Assembly: GCA_041669565.1 (NCBI GenBank)
Contig: JBAYAV010000001.1
Location: 1 to 56,139, forward strand
Source: Lentisphaeria bacterium
GTDB taxonomy: Bacteria > Verrucomicrobiota > Lentisphaeria > Oligosphaerales > Oligosphaeraceae
Length of the DNA: 56,139 nt
Direction: 5' to 3'
The position numbers were made by a program, and so were the translations under genes. Below the pieces are notes generated by a model, which saw only the letters and a list, made by a program, of their open reading frames with translations, made no database searches and had not been told where the DNA came from. Below, piece after piece: positions 9,450-19,292 of this stretch (position 1 is its first letter; the number at the start of each line of letters is the position of its first letter).

Positions 9450-10985
9450 CTATTTCATCATATCGGCGATATCTTCAGCCGGAGTATTAATTCCGCAGAT
9501 GCCAAAGCTATCCACCAGTACTTTTGTTATGCCCGGTGACAAGAACGCCGGCAATGTTGGTCCCAGACGGATTTTTTTAAATCCGAGTGCCAGCAATGCC
9601 AAAAGCACTGTAACCGCTTTTTGCTCATACCAAGAAATATCGAATGCCAATGGCAAATCATTCACATCATCAAGACCGAAAGCGTCTTTCAATGCCATCG
9701 CGATAACAACCAGCGAATAGCAGTCATTGCACTGACCAGCATCCAGCACACGAGGAATACCACCAATATCGCCCAATTTTTCTTTAATAAAACGATATTT
9801 AGCACAGCCAGCCGTTAAAATAATGGTATCTTTCGGAAGATTTTGCGCAACCTGAGTATAGTAATCGCGCGTTTTATGACGCCCATCACAGCCAGCCATC
9901 ACAATAAACTTACGAATCGCACCAGATTTAACTGCCGCAATAACCTTATCGGCCAAAGCCAGCACTTGATCGTGAGCAAAACCGCCCGTGACTTCGCCAT
10001 CTTCCAGCGCTGTCGGCGGCGGGCATTTCTTCGCCATTTCAATAATTTTACTAAAATCTTTTTGACCGCCTTCAGGCCGATCTTCGATAAATGGCACGTC
10101 CGGCCAGCCAGCTTCGCCCGTTGTAAAAATTCGGTCCTTATAAGCATCTGCTACAGGAACAATGCAATTTGTCGTCATTAGAATCGGCCCATTAAAACTC
10201 GCAAATTCGGTACGCTGCTTATACCATGCATTACCGTAATTGGCAACCAGCTGCGGATACTTTTTCAGTTCCGGATAAGAATGCGCCGGAAGCATTTCGC
10301 CGTGGGTATAAATATCAATACCCGCGTCTTTTGTCTGTTCCAGCAGGTCTTTCAGATCCATCAGATCATGCCCCGAAATCAAGATACCCGGACGATTTCC
10401 AACCCCAGTGCGAACCGTTGTCATTTCTGGTTTTCCGAAAGTCGAAGTATTTGCCTCATCCAGCAATTTCATCACGGTTACGGAGATTTGGCCGCTTTCC
10501 AAAACCATCGCCAACAATTCTTTGGCGTCCATTTCTTTGGTTTGCGCACGCAATGCTTTAAAGATAAAAGCATAAATAGCATCCTCTTCAAAGCCCAAAA
10601 CTTCCGCATGGACTGCGTAGGCTGAAATTCCTTTCAGGCCATACGTCAAAAGCTCCTGTAGCGAGCGGACATCCGCTGGCACCGTTGACAAATCAACGGG
10701 GACAATTTTCGAGACATCCTTACCGGCTAAAAATTCATCAATCTTATCGATCTGCTGCTGAAAGCGCGCATCATCAAAATTCGTATTGGTCAGCGTTGTA
10801 AATAGCGCCCGAATAACAAAATGACCAAGCTCACGATTTGCGTTGCATGCCGTGCATAAAACTTTCAATTGGCGGATAAGCTGATCCTGTAAATTTGCAG
10901 TTGCGGCCTTTTTTCCGCACATACCTTGAACAGTACAACCAACATTATTCATGGCTTCCTGGCATTGATTACAAAACATAGTCAT
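9450..10985 (-). CDS. hcp: hybrid-cluster protein / hydroxylamine reductase
   Basis: 511 aa. The N-terminus M(TM)FCNQCQE...[10 protein letters not shown] carries the characteristic Cys cluster, and later Cys-containing blocks are conserved. AAGGAGG lies just upstream. The start could be 10985 or 10979. Confidence 0.92.
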   Translation of the reverse strand: MTMFCNQCQEAMNNVGCTVQGMCGKKAATANLQDQLIRQLKVLCTACNANRELGHFVIRALFTTLTNTNFDDARFQQQIDKIDEFLAGKDVSKIVPVDLSTVPADVRSLQELLTYGLKGISAYAVHAEVLGFEEDAIYAFIFKALRAQTKEMDAKELLAMVLESGQISVTVMKLLDEANTSTFGKPEMTTVRTGVGNRPGILISGHDLMDLKDLLEQTKDAGIDIYTHGEMLPAHSYPELKKYPQLVANYGNAWYKQRTEFASFNGPILMTTNCIVPVADAYKDRIFTTGEAGWPDVPFIEDRPEGGQKDFSKIIEMAKKCPPPTALEDGEVTGGFAHDQVLALADKVIAAVKSGAIRKFIVMAGCDGRHKTRDYYTQVAQNLPKDTIILTAGCAKYRFIKEKLGDIGGIPRVLDAGQCNDCYSLVVIAMALKDAFGLDDVNDLPLAFDISWYEQKAVTVLLALLALGFKKIRLGPTLPAFLSPGITKVLVDSFGICGINTPAEDIADMMK

Positions 10986-11493
10986 GATTCCTCCTTGATT
11001 TAATTAAAAATCATTCTTCTTTACATCAAACAAATGGCGTTCAATCAACATTATCCCAAAAACAATGCGATAATTCTTTTGAACCCGAAACATGCTTAAT
11101 TCTACAAAAAGCATCTGTTATTAATCTAACACAACAAACAAAAAAATACAGACAAAATAAATTATTTATTTTTTTCTCACACCATAAATCATTTCCAAGT
11201 GTTTTTTTATATTTTTTCAAGTCTTTTTTGAAAAATCCCAAAAAACACAAAACAAACAATAGGATACATCAATTGATATTATAGTATAAGGATCATCCAT
11301 TCCTTTTCCGAGTTAAACGCTCCATAAAACGAGCTCTTGTGAATGCTATACCCAGAAAACATTGTTGTGCCATTCTTTTTTCCATTCTTTCTTCTTTTCT
11401 TACTTGCAAAATTCAGAGTCTCATTTATTTTTTATAATAGTTTTTAGAATCTTTTTATCGATATTTCTTCTTTTTTTGAGGTAAAGATGAACC

Positions 11494-13779
11494 ATGAATA
11501 ATCCGGATCCCAGCACCCTTCCCATCGAAGAATTACGCGAAGTTATTCGCTATCATGACCGACGCTACTATATTCAAGCAAAACCTGAGATCGGCGACCG
11601 CGAATATGACGCTTACTATACCCAGCTAAAAAAATTAGAGGCGGAGAATCCTGCCCTTGTTACGCCGGATTCACCAACTCAGCGCATGCATGGCGCGCCC
11701 CTGGAAAGCTTTAAAACTGTGGCACATCAAGTACCCATGCTCAGCCTTGACAACACCTATTCTTCCGAGGATATTAGACGCTTCTATGAATATATCATCA
11801 AGGGCTTAAACCACGAAACACCCCGTTTTACTGTCGAGCCAAAAGTGGACGGCGTCAGTATTTCTATTCTTTACGAAAAAGGCCTGCTTACACGAGCACT
11901 CACCCGCGGCAACGGCAAAGAAGGCGATGATGTCACCGCAAACATCCGCACCATACCATCGGTTCCGCTGCGTCTGAATACGTCCCATCCGCCCGATATT
12001 TTTGAAATTCGCGGTGAAGTCTATATGAGCAAAGAGGGCTTTTCGCAGCTTAATGCGCACCGCCTAGCATCCGGTCAAGAAGAATTTGCCAACGCCCGAA
12101 ACGCCACAGCCGGCAGCATCAAGATGCTCGACAGCAGCGAAGTTGCCAAACGGCCCCTCGATATTGTTTTTTATGCCCAGGGTGTTCTTTCGCCAGAGTG
12201 TCCCGTACACAGCCAAACCGATCTGTTCAATATTTGCAACAGCTATGGTCTTAAGACACAGAAATGGCTCAAAGTAGTTTGTGATCTCGAGGGTGTCATG
12301 GAAGGCATCCAAGAGCTCGAAATAGAAAAGCCCAAATTTCCCTATGAAATTGATGGCGCGGTCATAAAAGTGGACAGCTTTGTCCAGCGCGAAAAGCTCG
12401 GCATGACCGCGAAGGCTCCAAGCTGGGCCAAGGCCTACAAATACGAGCCAGAACGCGCCATAACGCGGTTAAATGCCATCACGATTCAAGTTGGTCGAAC
12501 CGGGGTATTAACGCCGGTTGCCGAACTCGAGCCGGTCTTTTTATCAGGCTCCACCATCAGCCGTGCCACGCTACACAATGAAGATGAGATCAAGCGCAAA
12601 GACATTCGCATCGGCGACATGGTTCAAATAGAGAAAGCCGGCGAAGTCATTCCGGCCGTAATCAAAGTTCTTACCAAAGATCGGTCCGAAAATTCAGAGC
12701 CCTTTGATTTTGTAAAACACTTAGGAAATCGCTGTCCATCCTGTGGGGAGTCGATCACGCGTGATCCAAAATTTGCGGCATGGCGATGTGAGAACATCAA
12801 CTGTCCGGCTCAGAATGTGCGTCGAATCGAATACTTTGCCGCCCGCAATGCCATGGACTTAGAAGCTCTGGGCAGTGTTGTTGCCGAAGCGCTTGTTGAG
12901 CACGGGCTCATTCAAGAACCGCTTGATCTCTTTCGTCTCACCATCGATCAACTTGCCAAGTTGAATCTCGGCAGTGAAGATGCGCCCCGCATTTACGGTG
13001 CCAAGAATGGCGAAAAATTACTTCACGCGCTAGAGCGGGCCAAAACCATGCCGCTGTCCAATTGGCTTCAGGCCATTGGCATTCCGAACATTGGTGCAGC
13101 CACCGCGTATCAAATCGGCCAGGCTCATAAAGACTTGACCGATGTTGCCCATTCCACGCCGCTGCGTGCGCTGCTTGATTTACTGGATCGGCAAAATGCA
13201 CTTCCGGGTAATCGCTTAAAAGAAGAGGCACCCATAAATTCTGATTTTAGCAACGACGATGCGCTATTTGCTGCAATGACTGCAACCAAGCCGCAGCAAT
13301 GGCCCTACGTTAAATTAGTCCAATATCTAAAAAGCATAAAATGGATTCGCTCCGGCAGTAAAAAAGGCGAATACGTCACAACCGGCGTCGGTTATAAAGC
13401 GGCTCAAAGCGTCCTTGATTTCTTTCAGGACGACATCGGGAAAACCTGGCTGAAAAATTTAGAAAAGCTCCAAATCAATCCTAAAGGCGGGACCGCTCTT
13501 ACCGCAAATAGGAATAGCGAATCAGAAGCTCCAACGGCAAACGCCCAAAAACTAACCGGAATGACTTTCGTTTTAACTGGCACACTGCACCAGACAGACC
13601 GCGAAACCGCTTCGGCAAAAATACGATCCTTAGGCGGAAAGACCACCACTTCCGTCAGTCGTAATACCACCTATCTGGTAGCTGGCGAAAATACCGGCCA
13701 ACGCAAAACAGAAAAAGCCCTTGAGCTAAACGTAAAAATTATAAACGAAGAAGAATTTTTTAAATTATTAGAAGAATAA
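11494..13779 (+). CDS. ligA: NAD-dependent DNA ligase LigA (with an extra insertion in the HhH region)
   Basis: 761 aa. It has the adenylation motif EPKVDGVS (KxDG), an OB fold, a Cys4 zinc finger (CPSCGES...CENINCPAQ), HhH repeats, and a C-terminal BRCT domain beginning GMTFVLTGTL. Confidence 0.95.
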   Translation: MNNPDPSTLPIEELREVIRYHDRRYYIQAKPEIGDREYDAYYTQLKKLEAENPALVTPDSPTQRMHGAPLESFKTVAHQVPMLSLDNTYSSEDIRRFYEYIIKGLNHETPRFTVEPKVDGVSISILYEKGLLTRALTRGNGKEGDDVTANIRTIPSVPLRLNTSHPPDIFEIRGEVYMSKEGFSQLNAHRLASGQEEFANARNATAGSIKMLDSSEVAKRPLDIVFYAQGVLSPECPVHSQTDLFNICNSYGLKTQKWLKVVCDLEGVMEGIQELEIEKPKFPYEIDGAVIKVDSFVQREKLGMTAKAPSWAKAYKYEPERAITRLNAITIQVGRTGVLTPVAELEPVFLSGSTISRATLHNEDEIKRKDIRIGDMVQIEKAGEVIPAVIKVLTKDRSENSEPFDFVKHLGNRCPSCGESITRDPKFAAWRCENINCPAQNVRRIEYFAARNAMDLEALGSVVAEALVEHGLIQEPLDLFRLTIDQLAKLNLGSEDAPRIYGAKNGEKLLHALERAKTMPLSNWLQAIGIPNIGAATAYQIGQAHKDLTDVAHSTPLRALLDLLDRQNALPGNRLKEEAPINSDFSNDDALFAAMTATKPQQWPYVKLVQYLKSIKWIRSGSKKGEYVTTGVGYKAAQSVLDFFQDDIGKTWLKNLEKLQINPKGGTALTANRNSESEAPTANAQKLTGMTFVLTGTLHQTDRETASAKIRSLGGKTTTSVSRNTTYLVAGENTGQRKTEKALELNVKIINEEEFFKLLEE

Positions 13780-13789
13780 AACATCTAAA

Positions 13790-15076
13790 ATGACAACACC
13801 AACCCCAAAACAAATTCAGTCCTTATTTGATTATTTAAATACATCACTCACGGCATTTCACACCGTCAGCGCCACGGAAAAGCTGCTGAAGACCGCTGGA
13901 TTCAAAGAATTTTCAGAAAAAGAGATTTGGGAGACACCTGCGAATACTGCCGGATATGTCATTCGCAATCATTCTGGCATCCTTGCATTTCGCGTTGGCT
14001 CGCATCCAGCAGAAGGATTTCGGATTGTTGCGGCTCATACGGACAGCCCTTCCCTTAAAATCAAGTGGGCAGGTGCCCACACCGTTAATGGCTTTCTACA
14101 ACTTCCTGTTGAGGTCTATGGCGGGCCCATTTTATCCACCTGGCTGGATAAACCCCTGACAATTGCTGGTCGGTATGTTTCTATGAAAGACGGCAAAGTC
14201 TGTCAAAAATTAGTACAAAGCTCTCCCAACCAGGCAACGATTCCCAACCTGGCCATTCATATGAATCATAAAATCAATAATGGTTTCAGTTATAATCCGC
14301 AAACACACCTGACTGCATTCTGCGGCGACACCACCGTGCAGGAGCTTCTTGCTTCCATGCAAGTTCATGATCCAGACGCGATTCAGGAAGGCCGTCTGGA
14401 ATGTTTTTTAGCGGACTCCTCGCAAGCGGCATTGCTGGGGCAGAAACAAGACTGGCTTCAATCTCCGCGACTGGACAATTTAGCTAGCTGCTATGCCGCC
14501 GCAACCGCACTCGTTCAATCAACAGAAGACACCGCTCACACCAAAGTCATCTTTTTATCCGACAACGAAGAAGTCGGCAATTTATCCGCTGCAGGTGCTG
14601 CATCGAATTTTTTACGCGATACTCTAACTCGTCTTATACCGGAGAGCACGCATCCGCAGCAGTTTTTTCTTTGTGCGTTGGCAAAATCCCAGATGCTTTC
14701 CGAAGATGCTGCGCATGCCACCCACCCCAGCTATCCGGAATCCTGTGATTCCAATTATCCATGCCTGTTAAATAGTGGGCCGGTTGTCAAGGAAAATGGC
14801 AAGTTGCGCTATGCCACCAATGCCGAAAGCCAGGCCTCTTTTCAAGCGTTATGCAAAAACGCCAAGATTCCGCTGCAGTCCTTTATCATGCGCTCTGATT
14901 TGCCATGTGGAACCACAATCGGCCCCGTAACTTCTGCCAAGTTAGGAATACCAACCGTTGATATCGGCATTCCGATGTGGAGTATGCACAGCGCCCGTGA
15001 GACCGCCGGCATTCACGATCTATTCAGCCTTCAGCAGGCCACTCAATTATTTTTAGAAAAGGAACGCTATGCCTGA
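13790..15076 (+). CDS. M18-family aminopeptidase (aspartyl aminopeptidase-like)
   Basis: 428 aa with AAHTDSPSLKIK, SDNEEVG and MHSARE blocks typical of M18 peptidases. Confidence 0.85.
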   Translation: MTTPTPKQIQSLFDYLNTSLTAFHTVSATEKLLKTAGFKEFSEKEIWETPANTAGYVIRNHSGILAFRVGSHPAEGFRIVAAHTDSPSLKIKWAGAHTVNGFLQLPVEVYGGPILSTWLDKPLTIAGRYVSMKDGKVCQKLVQSSPNQATIPNLAIHMNHKINNGFSYNPQTHLTAFCGDTTVQELLASMQVHDPDAIQEGRLECFLADSSQAALLGQKQDWLQSPRLDNLASCYAAATALVQSTEDTAHTKVIFLSDNEEVGNLSAAGAASNFLRDTLTRLIPESTHPQQFFLCALAKSQMLSEDAAHATHPSYPESCDSNYPCLLNSGPVVKENGKLRYATNAESQASFQALCKNAKIPLQSFIMRSDLPCGTTIGPVTSAKLGIPTVDIGIPMWSMHSARETAGIHDLFSLQQATQLFLEKERYA

Positions 15077-15818
15077 TCAACCCACCCTTTTCATTACCGG
15101 TGCAGCCAAACGGATTGGTGCCGCCATCGCCCGTTCTTTTGCCCAAAAGGGCTGGCGAGTTATCATTCATTATCATCATAGTCGACAAGAAGCTGAAACA
15201 CTTCAACGGGAGTTGCAGCACTATTCTCCGGGACATTTCATCATTCAGGCAGATTTAACCGATACCAATCAGCGCGAAAAATTACTGCCGGATATTTTAA
15301 CAAGGATATCACATTTAGATTGCCTGATCAATAATGCATCCACCTATCACCGCGGAATGCTCGGCGAACAAAGTCTTATCGATATAAAAAAAGATTATCA
15401 GCTGAATTTTTTTGCGCCATTTGCTTTGATGCAGCAGTATCATCAACTTTGTAAAACAGGGCAAATCATCAACATACTTGACCAGCGCATCTATAAGACC
15501 GACCCTGCTTCTGGTGCCTATGCGCTTGCCAAGAAGTCCTTGCGGGATGCCACCGAGTCCAGTGCGCTGGAATGGGCGCCAGATTTTCGGGTCAATGCTG
15601 TTGCGCCGGGGCTCATATTACCGCCCCGCGGCGAGACTCCGGAAGCAGTGGCAAAAATGAATATTCTAGCCAAACGGATTCCCATGCAAAAGCCAACAAC
15701 CAAAGAAGAGATAGCATCTTGTTGCTTCTTTTTGGCCGAGGCCTCATCAATAACGGGTGAAATTCTCTGCGTGGATGGTGGCATGCATTTACAGCAGTCC
15801 GATTATCAGGAAAAATAA
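15069..15818 (+). CDS. short-chain dehydrogenase/reductase (pteridine reductase/FolM-like)
   Basis: 249 aa. Cofactor motif ITGAAKRIGAAIA, NNAS, and catalytic YALAKK (YxxxK). It overlaps the upstream gene by 8 nt. Confidence 0.8.
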   Translation: MPDQPTLFITGAAKRIGAAIARSFAQKGWRVIIHYHHSRQEAETLQRELQHYSPGHFIIQADLTDTNQREKLLPDILTRISHLDCLINNASTYHRGMLGEQSLIDIKKDYQLNFFAPFALMQQYHQLCKTGQIINILDQRIYKTDPASGAYALAKKSLRDATESSALEWAPDFRVNAVAPGLILPPRGETPEAVAKMNILAKRIPMQKPTTKEEIASCCFFLAEASSITGEILCVDGGMHLQQSDYQEK

Positions 15819-15941
15819 GATTTCAGAAAGACATACGCGGACATGCGTCTATGTGGGTTAATCCCCAATACGATGTCCATAAGCCGTTCGTTTCAAAACA
15901 GTGGCAACCCCATTTAGACGTTTCGGCAAAGGCCATCCAAT

Positions 15942-17837
15942 TTACAAGTTTTTCGGAAGCAATTCGAAAGTCAAATTGAGGCACCCTTTTTTCGCTTTCG
16001 GGAACGAAAAGGAGCTTTTCCATACCCCATCGCCCCAATTTTTACGAAGCGTTGAATCTGTTAACTTTAGAAACTTGCATTGATAATCTGCGCTTGCAGT
16101 CATCTTTAAGACCGCGTTAAAAACTCCATCCTCCACTTTTTCGGGGCTATACAAAAAAAGTGCCGGCTGGAGTTTTTCTTTGCCCTCCCAGCAGTCCGAA
16201 ATAGATATTTTATCTTGTTCGGTATCAAAAGAAATTTGTCGGCGATAAAAACTCAACCCAATGGTATCCGGATAAGCGCCAGATAACTCCATGACAAAAG
16301 TTATAATGCCGTCTTTATTGGTACATTGAACATCGCGGGCACCAAAGTCACCACCAGCAGATTGCCCGCAGTGATTAAAGATCATCGCATTATGTCCAAA
16401 ACTATTAAGTTGAAATTTTTCATAGCGTTTTTTGGAGAAGGTATCGCGTGTATATTCGCCCCGACCAAGATCAATAATCAACGGGACACAATCAACCGCA
16501 ATCACGAATTGTCCAACATCATTATGATTATGGCCTTCGCCATTTGTTCCCGCTTTTGCCCCCAAATAGAGTCGGTTGTGCCGTGCAAACAACACTTGCG
16601 TTTTTGCATACCACTTCCAAAAATCAATCATCTTATCCGACAAGTTCTGATTTTCAGCATTCTCATGCCAAAACAAATTTGCCAACGCGGGAAATAATGC
16701 TCCGCGGGTATAAGCCAACCCCGAATTTGTAAATACCGGTATCCTTTTTGCATAACTTGCCAGTTTTTTACTCTGGATTCGCACCGCGTATAATTGCAAT
16801 AAACGACTTAATGAGGTCTGTTGTTTTACATTGCTATCCGCAAACGGCGTATAATAATTTTTACCAATCCACACATTGGCGATATACTCGCCCATACGGC
16901 AAAATTTTTCATTTTTGAAATAGTCTTCCGAACTGGGAAGACGCAGCCGATACAGCGTTTCCAAATACAAGAACATCTTCAATGGAGATTGATGCCAATA
17001 CATCGGTCCTTCTTCACTGCAGCCGTCCTCCTTATAATGTTCAAAATAAAAATCTATACTGGACTGCAAAGAGCTTATAAATGCAACCAATTTTTCCTTT
17101 TCAAGCAGCACAGCTCCAGAGACAAGAAGATTTGAGCAAATCCATGGAGTCCAATTATTCATTCCACGCTGCCACCAAAAAGTTTCTTCGTGCTGTTTGA
17201 TTGGCATAACCGCCCTCTCCAACAAAACCCGCCGCATCCGCCGAACCAAATTAGGAGACACCGCAGTCAGCTCTTTTTCCATGCCTGCCAACACCAAAGA
17301 CAACTGTGCTGAAGTCTCAGCGGAAAAAAGATCAATATGCTCTTCGGTAAAATCCGGCAACGGATCCACGATTTCAGTATGCGCCGGAAGACACCACGTC
17401 GGCTCATTTAAAATTGCCCATATTTCATCCACGATCCGTGCTACATAACGGCCATTATAACAGCACGCCTCCGCTAAAAATAGTATCGACAAATCACCAC
17501 GACGTGAAAAATAATCATGCTCAAAATGATTCCGATTGCCACTCTGCCGAAATTCCATATATTTTGATGCTCTTAAAACGGGAATTGGAGACCCCAGGAT
17601 CTTATCCGCTTTTTTTATAATATCCGGCCATGAAGCAACAAACTCTTTCTCCGTTTTGACCTTATCCCATGCGTTTCGATTTGATATTTCCGGAAAAAGC
17701 TGGACCGGATACTGCGTTTTTTCTCTTGTTTCCTTTACCATATTCAATTGCACTTCTACTCCTTTTCCCAAAACAACACCTGTTATCGTAAAAAGACACA
17801 ACGCCAAAACAACACACATATTATAAAGAACACCCAT
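15942..17837 (-). CDS. heparinase II/III-family protein (polysaccharide lyase-like), N-terminal signal anchor
   Basis: 631 aa. Hydrophobic N-terminus, an alpha-toroid-like N-terminal half, and a C-terminal block NGEGHNHNDVGQF characteristic of the heparinase II/III domain. Confidence 0.7.
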   Translation of the reverse strand: MGVLYNMCVVLALCLFTITGVVLGKGVEVQLNMVKETREKTQYPVQLFPEISNRNAWDKVKTEKEFVASWPDIIKKADKILGSPIPVLRASKYMEFRQSGNRNHFEHDYFSRRGDLSILFLAEACCYNGRYVARIVDEIWAILNEPTWCLPAHTEIVDPLPDFTEEHIDLFSAETSAQLSLVLAGMEKELTAVSPNLVRRMRRVLLERAVMPIKQHEETFWWQRGMNNWTPWICSNLLVSGAVLLEKEKLVAFISSLQSSIDFYFEHYKEDGCSEEGPMYWHQSPLKMFLYLETLYRLRLPSSEDYFKNEKFCRMGEYIANVWIGKNYYTPFADSNVKQQTSLSRLLQLYAVRIQSKKLASYAKRIPVFTNSGLAYTRGALFPALANLFWHENAENQNLSDKMIDFWKWYAKTQVLFARHNRLYLGAKAGTNGEGHNHNDVGQFVIAVDCVPLIIDLGRGEYTRDTFSKKRYEKFQLNSFGHNAMIFNHCGQSAGGDFGARDVQCTNKDGIITFVMELSGAYPDTIGLSFYRRQISFDTEQDKISISDCWEGKEKLQPALFLYSPEKVEDGVFNAVLKMTASADYQCKFLKLTDSTLRKNWGDGVWKSSFSFPKAKKGCLNLTFELLPKNL

Positions 17838-18061
17838 AGGATATTTCCTTTAAGTAATGAATAGGATGTTTATTTTACATTTTTATCTAGTCAATATATA
17901 TTGATAAACAAAAAAAAAACTTAAAACACAAAAATTTCTTATCGAAAAATGCTATTCAACACCCAAAAAAAAATCAGATACCAAAAACGATATTTCAGAG
18001 TAAAATCATGCCTAGAAATAAGACGGAGACACGCAGCCCCTCCACATACATTTTAAAAAAA

Positions 18062-18967
18062 TTAAAACTTATAAGCTGCCCGAATTCCACCCCACGTATT
18101 CGAGTCAAAATTTGGATTTGAGCGCGTATATTCCCGAACCGATGGATTCGGCAAATAACTAATTCCGACATACGGCGAAATATTAATATCCTGCGTCACA
18201 GCATAACTTATTCCCGCAATAAGAACACAAGAACGGATTCCCCATCCACGATCTTCGCCAGACTGCATGCGCATCTTGCGCGGCGATCCCCAAAAAACAC
18301 TGCCAATCACATCAAGACTCGTCTTCGCCCAAAGCTTCTTACAGTATAAAAGATCAAATTGACCATAAACATTATTCAAATGCGCATCATAATCAAACCG
18401 CGTACCTGCACGTAAACTCTGACCTTCAATATGCAACACATCACCGAGCTTCAACAACAACGAATATTCTTCTAAATGATCCGGCATTTTCGATTCGACT
18501 GCCGAAGGAAAAATAAGATACGTAAAACAAGTCCCTATTATTAAATCCGCAATCCCTGCACCATCCTCTATAACATGATTATACTCACCATAAAAATGAC
18601 ATTCCTCAAAACTGTTCTTGCGTGAATTATGACGAGCATTTTTCTCATCATTAATATTCGTCCAGTCATACTGGTTCCATGTCCCTATTCTAAATTCTCC
18701 GAGATCCATTCGAAAATCAATACTCGTTACCGGCTCCGAAGTCTTAACAAATCCATCACTGACATAATCGGTCGCCCAACACAGCGCTATTTGAAAAGTG
18801 GGTTTTAATACATCAACCGCCGCTTCCTCCGGAATCACACCAACTTCTTGAAGAAGACACGGCAAATCTGCCGCTTCATCCGGAATGCCATTCCCCTGTC
18901 CATACATCACAGATATCCCAGCCAAGGCTATAACACCAACCAGTATTTTACGTAATACGCCCATCAT
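18062..18967 (-). CDS. hypothetical outer-membrane beta-barrel protein
   Basis: 301 aa. Signal peptide MMGVLRKILVGVIALAGISVMYG, alternating aromatic/Gly-rich strands, and a C-terminal ...AAYKF (terminal Phe as in OMPs). Confidence 0.5.
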   Translation of the reverse strand: MMGVLRKILVGVIALAGISVMYGQGNGIPDEAADLPCLLQEVGVIPEEAAVDVLKPTFQIALCWATDYVSDGFVKTSEPVTSIDFRMDLGEFRIGTWNQYDWTNINDEKNARHNSRKNSFEECHFYGEYNHVIEDGAGIADLIIGTCFTYLIFPSAVESKMPDHLEEYSLLLKLGDVLHIEGQSLRAGTRFDYDAHLNNVYGQFDLLYCKKLWAKTSLDVIGSVFWGSPRKMRMQSGEDRGWGIRSCVLIAGISYAVTQDINISPYVGISYLPNPSVREYTRSNPNFDSNTWGGIRAAYKF

Positions 18968-19292
18968 TTTCCCTCTATTTACTTTTAAAATTTAAGAAAC
19001 AGACACAAATAATATTTGTATCGATATGTCATCGTTTCGATTCACTAGCGCATAAAATACCACAATTTAGGATTAATACAACTCCGAATTTTATAAAAAG
19101 CATCTTCGTATCAGTAGGAACGGTAATAATAGGAGGAGGCGTTCTTTTTTGCAGGGGTGCAAAAGAGCATAAATTTAAGGAAAGAACTTACTCAAAAACG
19201 ATTTTTTAGACTTGTTATCGTCTTTAAATATATTATAGTATCTATTACATCTTTTTTTATTAGAATTATTTAACATTGGATTTTCCCATTTT

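Noticed and set aside
11041-11259. 72-aa ORF (-) in the hcp/ligA intergenic region.
   Set aside because: The translation is low-complexity, K/F/C-rich and from AT-rich DNA. There is no RBS, and the region more plausibly serves as promoter/operator space.
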